Part shown: in pieces, positions 27,338-36,662 of the stretch
Layout: each line of letters begins with the position of its first letter
Numbering within the stretch: the stretch's first letter is position 1
Virus record (IMG/VR): IMGVR_UViG_3300014205_000025
Location: 860-64,859 of that record
DNA length: 64,000 nucleotides
Origin: a virus
Taxonomy: Duplodnaviria; Caudoviricetes
Reading direction: 5' to 3' (one strand)
Position numbers and translations under genes: made by a program
The notes under the pieces: model-generated
Database searches by the model: none
What the model was told of the DNA's origin: nothing
What the model saw: only the letters and a program-made list of their open reading frames with translations

Positions 27338-27738
27338 GGCATCTGGTCCCCGATCATGCTGCGGTAGATCGCCAGGATAACCTGCGCCTGCCGTGGGGAC
27401 ACTACGATGACGTCGGGCCGGGCGGCGGCATCGGCGGCCAGGCGATCGAGAAGGCGGTTCTCGGCATTGGTCCGACCGGCGCGCCGGGAGCAGAGGAACG
27501 TCAGCGTCTCCGCCCAGGTCCGTCCGACGGGCGGTTTGAAGCTGACACCACCGCGGCCGAACACGGTCTGTAGCGGCGCGGCTGTCAGGCCTGGCGGCGC
27601 GACGATCAGATCCGTCCAGGTCAAGCCGGCGGTCTGGATGTGGCGCACGGCGGCACGGGCAGCGGCAAGCGCCTCGCCATCCGAGTCGGATGACATGAGG
27701 GACAACAGATTCCGCAATCGGATTGGATCGAAGGACAT
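27334..27738 (-). CDS. Hypothetical protein
   Basis: RLRNLL.L.SSD.DGEALAAARA...GLTW.DL motif is seen in phage replication operons; GGAG RBS. Confidence 0.7.
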   Translation of the reverse strand: MSFDPIRLRNLLSLMSSDSDGEALAAARAAVRHIQTAGLTWTDLIVAPPGLTAAPLQTVFGRGGVSFKPPVGRTWAETLTFLCSRRAGRTNAENRLLDRLAADAAARPDVIVVSPRQAQVILAIYRSMIGDQMP

Positions 27739-27896
27739 AGACGCACTCCCTAGGACCGGGCGCCCCCTGCGTCCTCCTGGAAGGGAGAAACAGGGAGACG
27801 CAGGGGGCTAGCGCGGGGGCCAATCCGCTACCCAGCCGTGCGCCATGCTGCGCGTGATTTTCCACCCCCGTCAAGCCCGTTCCGCCGTGCATTATG

Positions 27897-27924
27897 TTGA
27901 CGTTCGGCCGTGATGTGCCATTAT
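27897..27924 (+). promoter_or_regulatory. Sigma70-like promoter in the divergent intergenic region
   Basis: TTGACG-N16-CATTAT upstream of the rightward HTH gene. Confidence 0.45.
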
Positions 27925-27967
27925 CTGGTCAATCGCTTGCATCGTTTGTGATACATGGAGCCGGCCG

Positions 27968-28336
27968 TTGCTCAAGGAACAAGCCTTGTTAGACCCTGGA
28001 TTAGAGGGGCGAAAAGCCAAGACGATCCGCAATCGATGGGACATTCCATACAGCCATGTCGCTTATCGGGCGGGCTGTCATCCGAGCGCCGTCGAGCGGT
28101 GGGAATCCACCAACAATCAGTTCCCATTGCCGGCGGAAACCACCGAGGCGCTGCGGTGGGCACTGCGGCACATGATCTTTGAGCGCGCCCTTCGCATTGC
28201 GGTGATGCTGGCCCCCCCCGACGATCCGCGCACCAAGCACCTGGAAATCCGTGTCGGCCGTCCCCCCTTCCGGGGGCCGAACCAGGACGAGACCAGGAAC
28301 AAGGGCCTGGTCACGATCAAGCCGGGGTACCGGTGA
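27968..28336 (+). CDS. XRE/Cro-like HTH regulator
   Basis: IRNRWDIPYSHVAYRAGCHPSAVERWE; TTG start 7 nt after GGAG. Confidence 0.65.
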   Translation: MLKEQALLDPGLEGRKAKTIRNRWDIPYSHVAYRAGCHPSAVERWESTNNQFPLPAETTEALRWALRHMIFERALRIAVMLAPPDDPRTKHLEIRVGRPPFRGPNQDETRNKGLVTIKPGYR

Positions 28337-29169
28337 CCGACCGGGTCATCCGCCCGTCGTCGCTGACGACATACGCTGACTGCGCCAGGCGGTGGGCAGC
28401 GCACCACCTGAGCGGCGAGGTCGCGACGGCGGGGTACACGCTCCAGGCCCAGCGCGTCACGCATGTCGGCGCCGCGATCGGGTCTGGGGTGCATGCGGCT
28501 GCGTCCTATACGCTGGAGGTCAAGCGCAGTTCAGGCGAGCTTGGGAACGACACCGAAGCCGAGCAGCGTGCTGTGGCCGAGTTCGAGAACCGAGCCGAAT
28601 ACGGCCTGGATTGGGATGAAGCGACGGGCAACCTATCGACCGCACACCGGCAGATCGTGCGTATGACCAAGTCCTACCGCCGGTACCTGGCACCCGAGAT
28701 CGACCCCATCATCATTGAACAGCGCCTGGAGGCGCACGTTGCAGAGGGGTGGACACTGTCGGGCCAGATGGACGACACGACCGGCGACCCCGACACCATC
28801 ATTCGGGACCTTAAAACCGGCACCCGCCAGCGCGCGAACAACATCCAGTACGGGGCCTATGGGCTGATCCTGCATGCCCACGGATACAAGGTTCGGGGGC
28901 TGATCGAGGATTACATCCCACGATCGAAGATCAAGGATGAGCAGTTGCCTCCGCATTCCACCGAAATCCCGCTCCAGGCCGCAGCCGTGGACGCCATGGA
29001 GACGATGGAGGACATCATCCGTTCGACCAACGAGTTCGAGCGGCGCCTTGCGTCCCAGACCGGGCGCGCGCCGCATTCAGCATTCCGGGCCAATCCGGGA
29101 TCTTCCCTTTGCTCGCCGCGGTGGTGCCGCGCCTGGGGAACCGACTTCTGCACCGCCCATAGGAAATAG
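28333..29169 (+). CDS. Cas4-like PD-(D/E)XK exonuclease
   Basis: RPSSL..Y.DC.RRW, G..VH, G.MD....IRDLKTG, Q.G.Y motifs; C-terminal C....C.......C giving a 1+3 Cys arrangement. Confidence 0.85.
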   Translation: MTDRVIRPSSLTTYADCARRWAAHHLSGEVATAGYTLQAQRVTHVGAAIGSGVHAAASYTLEVKRSSGELGNDTEAEQRAVAEFENRAEYGLDWDEATGNLSTAHRQIVRMTKSYRRYLAPEIDPIIIEQRLEAHVAEGWTLSGQMDDTTGDPDTIIRDLKTGTRQRANNIQYGAYGLILHAHGYKVRGLIEDYIPRSKIKDEQLPPHSTEIPLQAAAVDAMETMEDIIRSTNEFERRLASQTGRAPHSAFRANPGSSLCSPRWCRAWGTDFCTAHRK

Positions 29170-29175
29170 AACCGC

Positions 29176-30429
29176 ATGAGTGGAACCAGAACACAGACCG
29201 CCGCCAATCCCACCATCGACGAGTTGGGGTTCAGCAGCACGCGGTTCGGTGACGGCCCCGTTTCCGAGCATGGGAACATGCCGATGCTACAGCCCGGCGG
29301 GAGCGGTTCGCGCACCGATGCCGCCATGGCCCAGATCATCACGGCGCAGCGTTGCGCGGTGAAGCGCGAGTTGCCGCGTATCTTGTCGGCCATTGATCAG
29401 GCCGCAGCCGTCGCCAATGACGACTTCTACTACCGCTGGGAGACGAAAAACCGCGATGGCACTCGGGGCGAGGTCATCGGCGCCTCGATCAAGTGCGCTA
29501 TGGCGATCGCCAATATCTGGGGCAACTGCATGGTGGAAGCCTTCCCCGCGCAGGAGACCATGACCCATTGGACCTTCATTGCGCGGTTTATCGATTACGA
29601 AACCGGGGTGACGATCACCCGCAGCTACCAACAGCGGAAAAGCCAGCGGGCCGGCGGGAAGATGGGCGACGATCGCGCGCAGGACATGGCGTTCCAGATC
29701 GGCCAGTCCAAGGCCATGCGGAACGTCGTTGTGGGCGCTCTCGGCACTTTCACCGATCGTGCGGTGGAGTCCGCGAAGGCGTCCGCGTTTGCCTGGATCT
29801 CGAAGAACATCGACCGTGCCCGTGCCGTCGTGCTGGAGCGGGCCCAAAAGGTGGGCGCACCGATCGCCGTGATGGAACGGTTCGTTGCCCGGACCAAGGA
29901 CAAGTGGCTGGCGCAGGATATCCTGCTGCTGGGCGGGAAGCTGCAAAGCATCCTGGACGGCATGGATGATATCGACACCGCGTTCGGCACGGGCGAGGAA
30001 GACGAAGGCGTTGCCGGCGTCGCCACCGATGGCATGAAAGCCACGACGACGACGACGGACCAGACCAAGGCCGACCAGCAGCAGCAGCAGCAGCCGACGG
30101 ACACCCAGGCTGGCGGGCAGACCGAGCAGGGTGGGCAGCAGCAGACCCAGCAGCAGCCGACACAGACCGGCCGCCAGCGCCCCTCCCGTGCCCAGCAGCC
30201 GGCGAAGAATGCCGCCAAGGCCGATCCGCAGCCGCAGCAGACCAGCGCCCCGGTTGAGGACAAGCCGGCGCCGACCACTGCCGCGACCACCACGGACGGC
30301 CCGCCTGCAGGCCAGTTTGCCGAGGAGGACAATCGCTTCCCCGGTGACGCGCCGACCAAGCAGGAGGCTCCCACCAAGGACACGCCGCCGGCCGATGACG
30401 GCAATCCTGACGAATTGAGCTTCGAGTAA
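29176..30429 (+). CDS. Putative ssDNA-annealing/recombination protein with a Gln/Pro-rich acidic tail
   Basis: FYY.W...G.SIK.A.AIA..WGN motif of a family usually found next to phage exonucleases; ends DELSFE. Confidence 0.6.
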   Translation: MSGTRTQTAANPTIDELGFSSTRFGDGPVSEHGNMPMLQPGGSGSRTDAAMAQIITAQRCAVKRELPRILSAIDQAAAVANDDFYYRWETKNRDGTRGEVIGASIKCAMAIANIWGNCMVEAFPAQETMTHWTFIARFIDYETGVTITRSYQQRKSQRAGGKMGDDRAQDMAFQIGQSKAMRNVVVGALGTFTDRAVESAKASAFAWISKNIDRARAVVLERAQKVGAPIAVMERFVARTKDKWLAQDILLLGGKLQSILDGMDDIDTAFGTGEEDEGVAGVATDGMKATTTTTDQTKADQQQQQQPTDTQAGGQTEQGGQQQTQQQPTQTGRQRPSRAQQPAKNAAKADPQPQQTSAPVEDKPAPTTAATTTDGPPAGQFAEEDNRFPGDAPTKQEAPTKDTPPADDGNPDELSFE

Positions 30430-30443
30430 GGGGGGTAACCAGC

Positions 30444-32144
30444 ATGGATATGCGTTTGCGAGTGAGGAATTTCCTCGGGATCAAGGAAGCCGACCTTGAC
30501 CTGGGGGCCATCGCGCTGATCGGCGGGCCCAATGCCGCGGGCAAGTCCAGCATCATCGAAGCCATTGCCTGCGCCGCCTCAATGTCTCCCGAGGCGCGCG
30601 GGTTCAACACGAAGAAGGCCACGGCCGCCCTGCTGCACGAAGGCACAAAGGCCGGCTCGGTGTCGCTGCGCTATGAAGGCGGATCGATCACCGTTGCCTA
30701 CCCGGGCGGGGACGTCGAGCAGCAGGGGAGGCCGACGCAGCTCGGCTCTCGCCTGGCGCTCGGCGCGACCAAGTTCATGGACCTGCCGGCGGCGAAGCGG
30801 ACAGCCGAGATCGCCAGCCGGATGGAAACCGACCCGTCCGAACAGGATGTGCGGGACTGGTTCAAGGACCGGAAAACCGGCGTCACGGTGCCCGACGACA
30901 AGATCAACGACATGATCCAGCGGATCGGGGACTCGGGCTGGGATGCCGTGCATACCGCGCTCCGGGAGGAAGGCACGCTGGCCAAGGGCCGGTGGCAGCA
31001 GGTGACCGGCCAGCGGTGGGGCACCAAGATCGGGGACGATTGGTGCCCGGAAGTGCTGTACGTCGACGAGGAATACATCCTGGCCGAAGAACAGGAGCAT
31101 CTGGAGGGCATCCGGCAGCAGCAGGAACAGATGCGGGCCGCGGGCGCGGGGTCCCAGGCACTGGCGGCGCAGCGGCAGGAGATCGCCGCGCGCCTGCCGT
31201 CGCTCCGCGCGCAGCTTGCAAGCGCAGAGGCCGAGGAGAAGGACCATCAGGCGAAGTCCGAGGCCAACGTCATCCTGCGAGCCAAGCACATCGACACCGC
31301 CGACGCTCATGGCGCGTTGCAGTGCCCGCACTGCAAGAAGTCGCTCCGCCTGGTGCCCAGCCAGAAGGACCAGCGGGGCACGCTGGAGGCGCTGCCCACG
31401 TTGAAGGGCGATGATATCGCCGCGTCGCGGAAGATCGTCGAGAACATCGACGAAGACCAAGGTGTTGTTCTGGCGGAACTGCGCCGCTTGGGGACCCTGA
31501 TCGCCAGCCTGCGGGCGGAGATCGCGGCGGCCGAGCGGGCCGCCGAGGCGCCGGCGCCGAGCGAGGGCATTGCCGAAGATGCCGACGCGCGACTCGCCAA
31601 GTTCGTTGAGGATGAACGGCTCCAGCAGGAGAAGATCCAGGCCATCCGCGCGCTTGGCCAGGCTCGCCTGATCCAGTCCGAGATCAAGGTTCTCGGCGAG
31701 TTGATCGAGGCCGCCTCTGCCGACGGCGTGCGGTTGAGTGCCATGGATACCAAGCTGGCGACGATCAACGAGACGCTGGAGCAGATTTCCGCGGCTGCCG
31801 AGTTCAAGACGGTGGCGCTGGTCGCGGACGGCATGAGGGCGACCTATGCCGGCCGCGCCTTCGAGCTGCTGTCCGAGAGCGAGCAGTGGCGGGTCAATCT
31901 CGTCATTTCGGTGATGCTCTACGAGACCGAGCGTTGCCGCGTGCCGCTCCTGATCGACCGGCTGGACGTGCTGCATCCGGCAAACCGGGTCGGGCCGTTG
32001 AAGATGCTCAAGCAGCGCCGGATTTCGGCTGTCATCACCCAGACCACCAAGGACGCCGCCACGATGCCGAACCTGCCGAAAGCCAGGTTTGGCTCGGTCT
32101 ACTGGCTGTCCGGCGGTGTTCTGGAACCGTTCACCCACGCGTAA
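30444..32144 (+). CDS. Rad50/SbcC-like ABC ATPase with zinc hook
   Basis: Walker A GPNAAGKS, coiled coils around CPHC, signature LSESE, Walker B LLIDRLD. Confidence 0.82.
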   Translation: MDMRLRVRNFLGIKEADLDLGAIALIGGPNAAGKSSIIEAIACAASMSPEARGFNTKKATAALLHEGTKAGSVSLRYEGGSITVAYPGGDVEQQGRPTQLGSRLALGATKFMDLPAAKRTAEIASRMETDPSEQDVRDWFKDRKTGVTVPDDKINDMIQRIGDSGWDAVHTALREEGTLAKGRWQQVTGQRWGTKIGDDWCPEVLYVDEEYILAEEQEHLEGIRQQQEQMRAAGAGSQALAAQRQEIAARLPSLRAQLASAEAEEKDHQAKSEANVILRAKHIDTADAHGALQCPHCKKSLRLVPSQKDQRGTLEALPTLKGDDIAASRKIVENIDEDQGVVLAELRRLGTLIASLRAEIAAAERAAEAPAPSEGIAEDADARLAKFVEDERLQQEKIQAIRALGQARLIQSEIKVLGELIEAASADGVRLSAMDTKLATINETLEQISAAAEFKTVALVADGMRATYAGRAFELLSESEQWRVNLVISVMLYETERCRVPLLIDRLDVLHPANRVGPLKMLKQRRISAVITQTTKDAATMPNLPKARFGSVYWLSGGVLEPFTHA

Positions 32145-32159
32145 GGAACACTCACGATC

Positions 32160-32774
32160 ATGGCTGGTAAATTGATGGACGATGCTGACGGCGCCCCAGG
32201 TGGAGGCGAAGGCATCAATCTGAACCCGGAGAGCTTCCTGGAAGTCCTGCGGGAATGGCGCGAGGTCCGACGGGATCAGAGTTCGTCCGCGATGGCGGTT
32301 GCGCGTGTCGGGAAGAAAATGAAAACGATCGGCGTCCCCAAGGATGCCTTTGATATTTTCATCAAGCTCTCTGACATGGAGCCCGACGAAGCCGTCGGCG
32401 TTGTGAAGTGCGTAGTGCGCTTTGCAAAGTGGGCCAATCGGCCGTTTGTCGCGCAACTCGATATGTTCAAGGGGTTGGCTGTCGAGGTCCCGAAGGAGAA
32501 GGCCAAGGCCGAGTTCGAGGCGTTCGAGGTCGAGGACCAGGGATACGTCGCTGGCTTCCATGGCCATAAGATCGAGTCGAACCCCTACCCGCATGAAGAA
32601 GCAGACAGCCCGAATTACGCGATCTGGCGGACGGGCTGGAACAAGGGGCAGGCCGAGCGCGTCAAGAAGTCCTTTGGCGGCGACGCAGCGGCAGCCGACG
32701 GCACCGGCGAGGTCAAGGCCGCCACCGGCGCCAAGGGCCGCGGCCGGAAGGCAAAGGGGGCCCGTGGTGGCTGA
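32160..32774 (+). CDS. GapR/DUF2312-like DNA-binding domain fused to an RMF-like domain
   Basis: N-terminal ...KKMKTIGVPKDAFDIFIKLSDMEPDE; C-terminal GYVAGFHG.....NPY.......W.TGW. Confidence 0.62.
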   Translation: MAGKLMDDADGAPGGGEGINLNPESFLEVLREWREVRRDQSSSAMAVARVGKKMKTIGVPKDAFDIFIKLSDMEPDEAVGVVKCVVRFAKWANRPFVAQLDMFKGLAVEVPKEKAKAEFEAFEVEDQGYVAGFHGHKIESNPYPHEEADSPNYAIWRTGWNKGQAERVKKSFGGDAAAADGTGEVKAATGAKGRGRKAKGARGG

Positions 32775-33255
32775 ACAGCGCCAGCCGGTCCTGGCGCTTG
32801 ATCTTGGGAGCGCCACGGGCTGGGCCTGTGGCGTCCCGGGGACCAAGCCCGTGATGGGCGCGGTGAAGCTCGGCATCGCTGGCAACTATGGCTCGATCGG
32901 CGGCGCCCTGCACACATGGCTCTGGGACGCGATCGATATTCACAAGCCTGGCTACATCGTGTTCGAGGCGCCGTTGCCCTCGCACCGCGGCATCGCGGCC
33001 GGTCGGATCGCCCTTGGCCTGGCCATGATGGTCGAGACCGTTGGATATCAAGCCGAAATCATGACGCGCGAGTGTGCGGTGAAGACCGTTCGCAAGCGGA
33101 TCATCGGGACCGGAAATGCCGACAAGGAAGACGTCATGGCTTGGTGCCAAGCCCAGGGATGGAAACCACCGACCCACGACGCAGCCGATGCGGCTGCACT
33201 CTGGGAACTGGCCTGCCGCGTGCGGCTCGGGAAAGCCCGGTTCGACGACAAATAA
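32767..33255 (+). CDS. ruvC: Holliday junction resolvase, RuvC-like
   Basis: VLALDLG..TGWA, FEAP, V.TVRK...G.GNADK, HDAADA. GTG start at 32767. Confidence 0.85.
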   Translation: MAEQRQPVLALDLGSATGWACGVPGTKPVMGAVKLGIAGNYGSIGGALHTWLWDAIDIHKPGYIVFEAPLPSHRGIAAGRIALGLAMMVETVGYQAEIMTRECAVKTVRKRIIGTGNADKEDVMAWCQAQGWKPPTHDAADAAALWELACRVRLGKARFDDK

Positions 33256-33264
33256 CGAAGGGGA

Positions 33265-33534
33265 ATGACGACAATGCGGATTGTCACATTGAGGATCTTG
33301 GTCCCTGCCGAGGAAGGCGTGAAGGTCGAGACGGTGCAGGCGGCTTTGCAGGCAAGCCTGCGGCGCCGGGGCACGATCAAGATGGACACGTCGGGCGAGG
33401 AGGAGGAGGCATCCGCCGAGGACTCGCTGATGAACGACCGGCTTGTGTTCTGGGGCGCGGTCGATGTCCGGCGCGGCGCCGAGACCAGGGCCGCCAAGGC
33501 GAAGAAGACGGCGGGGGCAGCATCCGATGGCTGA
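33265..33534 (+). CDS. Hypothetical protein
   Basis: GAAGGG RBS; 89 aa. Confidence 0.5.
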   Translation: MTTMRIVTLRILVPAEEGVKVETVQAALQASLRRRGTIKMDTSGEEEEASAEDSLMNDRLVFWGAVDVRRGAETRAAKAKKTAGAASDG

Positions 33535-34036
33535 ACGGAAGAAGCTGCGCCCGGCCCCGGCGAGCAAAAGCCGCACGGCGCCCGTTTCCGACTCCTTTGT
33601 TCCGGTCGGTGTCACGGTGGCGGATGAACCCAGCATCATCGACGCATTCGTCGGGTCGCGCGTGGTTGTCGCGCGCCAGGAGGCAGGCCTGACGAAAGCC
33701 GGCGCGGCGGCGAAGCTGGGCGTGTCGCGCACGACCTATCACCGCTGGGAAGTCGGCTTTTCCGGCCTGACGGTCGGCAATCTCTATGCCGTCGCACAAC
33801 TGGTCGCCAAGCCGGTGTCATGGTTCTTCGAGGGCCTGGACGGGCTGCTGGAGCATGCCGCGGCCGACGAGGAGATCGATGGGCTGGTGACCAGCGAGTC
33901 GATGCAGGTGCTGCGCTACTTCGCGCTGCTCGACCCGGACCAGCAGCGCGCCACGAAGACGCTGATGCTCGGCTGTGTCGAGGGTATCAGCAGCCGCGTG
34001 GGGTTAAGCGTCACGGGCCCCGACGATGGGACGTGA
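33527..34036 (+). CDS. XRE-family HTH regulator
   Basis: D..VGSRV..AR...GLT....A.KLGVS..T..RWE.G......L..VA.....PVSWFFEG; start re-called at 33527. Confidence 0.85.
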   Translation: MAERKKLRPAPASKSRTAPVSDSFVPVGVTVADEPSIIDAFVGSRVVVARQEAGLTKAGAAAKLGVSRTTYHRWEVGFSGLTVGNLYAVAQLVAKPVSWFFEGLDGLLEHAAADEEIDGLVTSESMQVLRYFALLDPDQQRATKTLMLGCVEGISSRVGLSVTGPDDGT

Positions 34037-34049
34037 CAGGGAGGGATCA

Positions 34050-34406
34050 ATGAACGAACTGAACCGCCTGATTGAAGACATAAGACAGCAAACCGCCGGC
34101 ATGGCGCCCGGGTACCGCTTTCTGGAATTCCGAGCCGGCACCGAGCCCGACGACGTCACGGCGATCGGCATCATCGACCGGGAGGGCGGAATCCACATCA
34201 TGGCCCCGGACCAAATGATCGAGGCTGCTGACAAGGCCAAGCGGATGATCCGCGAGGCGATCGACGCCGCGACGAACCGGAAAACCCCGTACCTTGAGTT
34301 CCCCCAGCCGCCGGTAACCTTGGCGTTCGAGATCCTGTTCGGGGAGATCGCGCGGCTACGGATGGACGCCGCCAAGGACAAGGCGGGGCGGAATTCTACC
34401 GACTGA
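34050..34406 (+). CDS. Hypothetical protein
   Basis: GGAGGGA RBS. Confidence 0.6.
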   Translation: MNELNRLIEDIRQQTAGMAPGYRFLEFRAGTEPDDVTAIGIIDREGGIHIMAPDQMIEAADKAKRMIREAIDAATNRKTPYLEFPQPPVTLAFEILFGEIARLRMDAAKDKAGRNSTD

Positions 34407-34448
34407 ACACCCGGCACTACGGCCTAATACAACGAAGGGATAACAGAC

Positions 34449-34697
34449 ATGAGAACACTAGAGGACGTAATCTCCGCATCTGACGCCTGCGAAATGCTCA
34501 GTAAGCGCGAAAAGAGCCTTGGGTATTTGCGGGATAATTCCACTATGTCGATTGGAGATTTAGATAATCTTCTGTCTCGATGCGAGCTTAGACATATCTC
34601 TCGGCCGCTATTCCATCGACTGGCGTTTGCCTTGGTTGAGCAGGCCATTGCCGGCGACAAGGCCAAGCTGCTGGCCATGGGGATCGAAGTGCCATGA
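34449..34697 (+). CDS. Hypothetical protein, lower GC than its neighbours
   Basis: GAAGGGA RBS; ATGA overlap with the next gene. Confidence 0.55.
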   Translation: MRTLEDVISASDACEMLSKREKSLGYLRDNSTMSIGDLDNLLSRCELRHISRPLFHRLAFALVEQAIAGDKAKLLAMGIEVP

Positions 34698-35086
34698 GCG
34701 ACGCACAGCCCGCCGCGGCCCCGGTGATTCCGCCGCACAAGCCCGTTGAGAGCGTCACCATCAAGGGCCTGCGGGAATCCCACCTGTCCCTCTCCAGGCT
34801 CCTGGATGACGTCACCCTTCGCCTGCGCGACATGATCGCTGCGGAATGTGGCGTGGCGGTGGGGGACACCGTGGAATACCCGGAGGGCAAGACCATAGGC
34901 GAACACTGGCAGGTGGTGGTGACGTCGCTGTCCCTTGCCATTGAGCGCGTCGGGCCCAAGGCGGAGAAGCCTGGCAACGTGGTCTTGATCGTGCGGGGGC
35001 AGATGGCCGACCTGCCCGCGGCGGAAGTCACCATCCACTGGAACCCGGCCACCTGCCGGGTGACGAAGAAGGCGCCGCAGCCGTGA
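34694..35086 (+). CDS. Hypothetical protein
   Basis: Coupled start; 130 aa. Confidence 0.6.
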   Translation: MSDAQPAAAPVIPPHKPVESVTIKGLRESHLSLSRLLDDVTLRLRDMIAAECGVAVGDTVEYPEGKTIGEHWQVVVTSLSLAIERVGPKAEKPGNVVLIVRGQMADLPAAEVTIHWNPATCRVTKKAPQP

Positions 35087-35577
35087 GCGCGCCCGGCGAT
35101 GACCGGGCCATGCCCAGGCGGAGAAGCCCTCACTCCCATGACGCGTGGAAGCGCGTCTGGGACCTGTGGCTGGGAACGGACGTCGAAATACGGGAGATTG
35201 CCGAGAAGACCGGCATTTCCCAGGCCAGGATCAGCAGCCGCGCCAAGTGGGTGCGACAGATTGACGAGACGTTCCCTTCCGGCCGCGACCGGGAACGCGC
35301 GCGCACGCTGCGCCTGGCAGCCGACGAGAGCCGACTGAACGCTCCAGGACTCTTGGGCCAGGTCCGGCGCACGCGGGCACGGCAGCGGGGCCTTGACGTC
35401 CCCCTTCGCAAGAACGGGCTGCCAGTGCCCCCGGCCGAGCTGCTGCAGGCGATCGACGACGCCCTCGCCGCCGGCAAGCGAGCCCGGCAGATCGCGGACG
35501 AGACCGGCGAGAAGCTGCCTCGCATTCAGGGCATCCTCTACCGGCGGAAGATCAAGGAATGGGAGCAACGGGCATGA
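35083..35577 (+). CDS. Protein with two HTH-like motifs
   Basis: IREIAEKTGISQARIS and ARQIADETG..LPRIQGIL. Confidence 0.65.
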   Translation: MSAPGDDRAMPRRRSPHSHDAWKRVWDLWLGTDVEIREIAEKTGISQARISSRAKWVRQIDETFPSGRDRERARTLRLAADESRLNAPGLLGQVRRTRARQRGLDVPLRKNGLPVPPAELLQAIDDALAAGKRARQIADETGEKLPRIQGILYRRKIKEWEQRA

Positions 35578-35768
35578 CCACCACCATCATCGTCATGCTG
35601 ATCTGGGTTGGGCACCATGACGGCGGCCCCGCCACCATCCAGGGGTTCCGGTCTCTCGCGGCCTGCGAACGGGCAATCCCGGTTGTAATGGCCCCTGCCT
35701 GGCAGCGGTTTTCTTTCACGAAAACCGAAGCGAAAGGCGCGACCTGCGTTGAAATGAGGACAGAATGA
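35574..35768 (+). CDS. Small protein with a hydrophobic N-terminus
   Basis: MTTTIIVMLIW...F.S..ACE.A motif; ATGA overlap. Confidence 0.55.
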   Translation: MTTTIIVMLIWVGHHDGGPATIQGFRSLAACERAIPVVMAPAWQRFSFTKTEAKGATCVEMRTE

Positions 35769-36100
35769 CAACCACTGACACCCCCGCGCTCCTGCCGCCG
35801 GACCCGAGCAGGCCGGGGCGGTATTGGCTTCGCGCGTCAAATGGGCTTGAAGTAATAGCGAATTTCCGCTGTGGCTCGTGGCTCGTGATGGGACAGCCGA
35901 CCTATTACGGCGCGCGGTTCATTCGCGAACAGGGCTACACCCTCGCCAGCCCCCACCCCATCCCCGGCCCGGCCGCGTTGGAGGCTGTGTATGCGCTGGT
36001 GTCGGCGCTGGATGACGCGGCACGTATCTCCGACTTTGTTCTGGCGACAATTATCAGCGACAGGCTCCGCGCGGCCCTCGAAACGAAGGAGACGACATGA
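35765..36100 (+). CDS. Hypothetical protein
   Basis: P..PGRYW motif; coupled start. Confidence 0.6.
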   Translation: MTTTDTPALLPPDPSRPGRYWLRASNGLEVIANFRCGSWLVMGQPTYYGARFIREQGYTLASPHPIPGPAALEAVYALVSALDDAARISDFVLATIISDRLRAALETKETT

Positions 36101-36318
36101 CCACCATCACCGACCCACCGCGCACGGATGAAGTCTGGCGGGCGCGGAACGGAACCACGCGGACGGTCGTTGGCGTAGGAGAGGATGGCTATTGGGTCAT
36201 GTATTCCAGGCCGGCACCAGCCCCGATCGAAGCCGTCACCACGTCGGGCCGCAAGTGGCATGAATGGGTGGAGCGTGAAGGCGCGACACGCATCAAAAAA
36301 GCATGGAGGGCGCCATGA
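36097..36318 (+). CDS. Hypothetical protein
   Basis: AAGGAG RBS; P...EVWR motif. Confidence 0.6.
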   Translation: MTTITDPPRTDEVWRARNGTTRTVVGVGEDGYWVMYSRPAPAPIEAVTTSGRKWHEWVEREGATRIKKAWRAP

Positions 36319-36662
36319 CCCCCGCCGACCTATCCCGCCTCGAAAGCCTCGCGCGGAAGGCGACGCCGGGGCCTTGGTTCCGGCCGATCGCGAATGACAC
36401 GGCGGTCAGAAGCGATGATGTCGATATCGCGCAGACCGTGGGCGCCTACGAACTGGAATGGGAGCGCATGGAGGCAGACGCCGCCTACATCGCCGCCGCG
36501 AACCCCGCCGCCGTGCTGGCGTTGATTGAGAGGGTGCGGGAATTGGAGGGGAAACTTGAAGCCATTCGCGACGAGTGCGACGGCAAGGAAGATGCCGACG
36601 ACGGGATACCGAATACCGCTATGCGGTGCATGATGATCGTAGAAGGGACGAACAAGCCATGA
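36315..36662 (+). CDS. Ead/Ea22-like protein
   Basis: L..LA.KATPGPW...DA.YIAAANPA.VLALI motif. Confidence 0.8.
   Translation: MTPADLSRLESLARKATPGPWFRPIANDTAVRSDDVDIAQTVGAYELEWERMEADAAYIAAANPAAVLALIERVRELEGKLEAIRDECDGKEDADDGIPNTAMRCMMIVEGTNKP

Noticed and set aside
27739-27967. Lambda-like cI/cro lysogeny switch
   Set aside because: Only one side encodes an HTH protein, and no peptidase-bearing repressor or integrase was recognised; lifestyle cannot be determined from this window.
28333-29169. Cas4-like gene as evidence of a CRISPR system
   Set aside because: No repeat-spacer array, cas1 or cas2 is seen; the context is recombination genes.
30579-32885. 768-aa minus-strand ORF
   Set aside because: Antisense to the Rad50-like and GapR-like genes; no motifs; typical high-GC antisense shadow.
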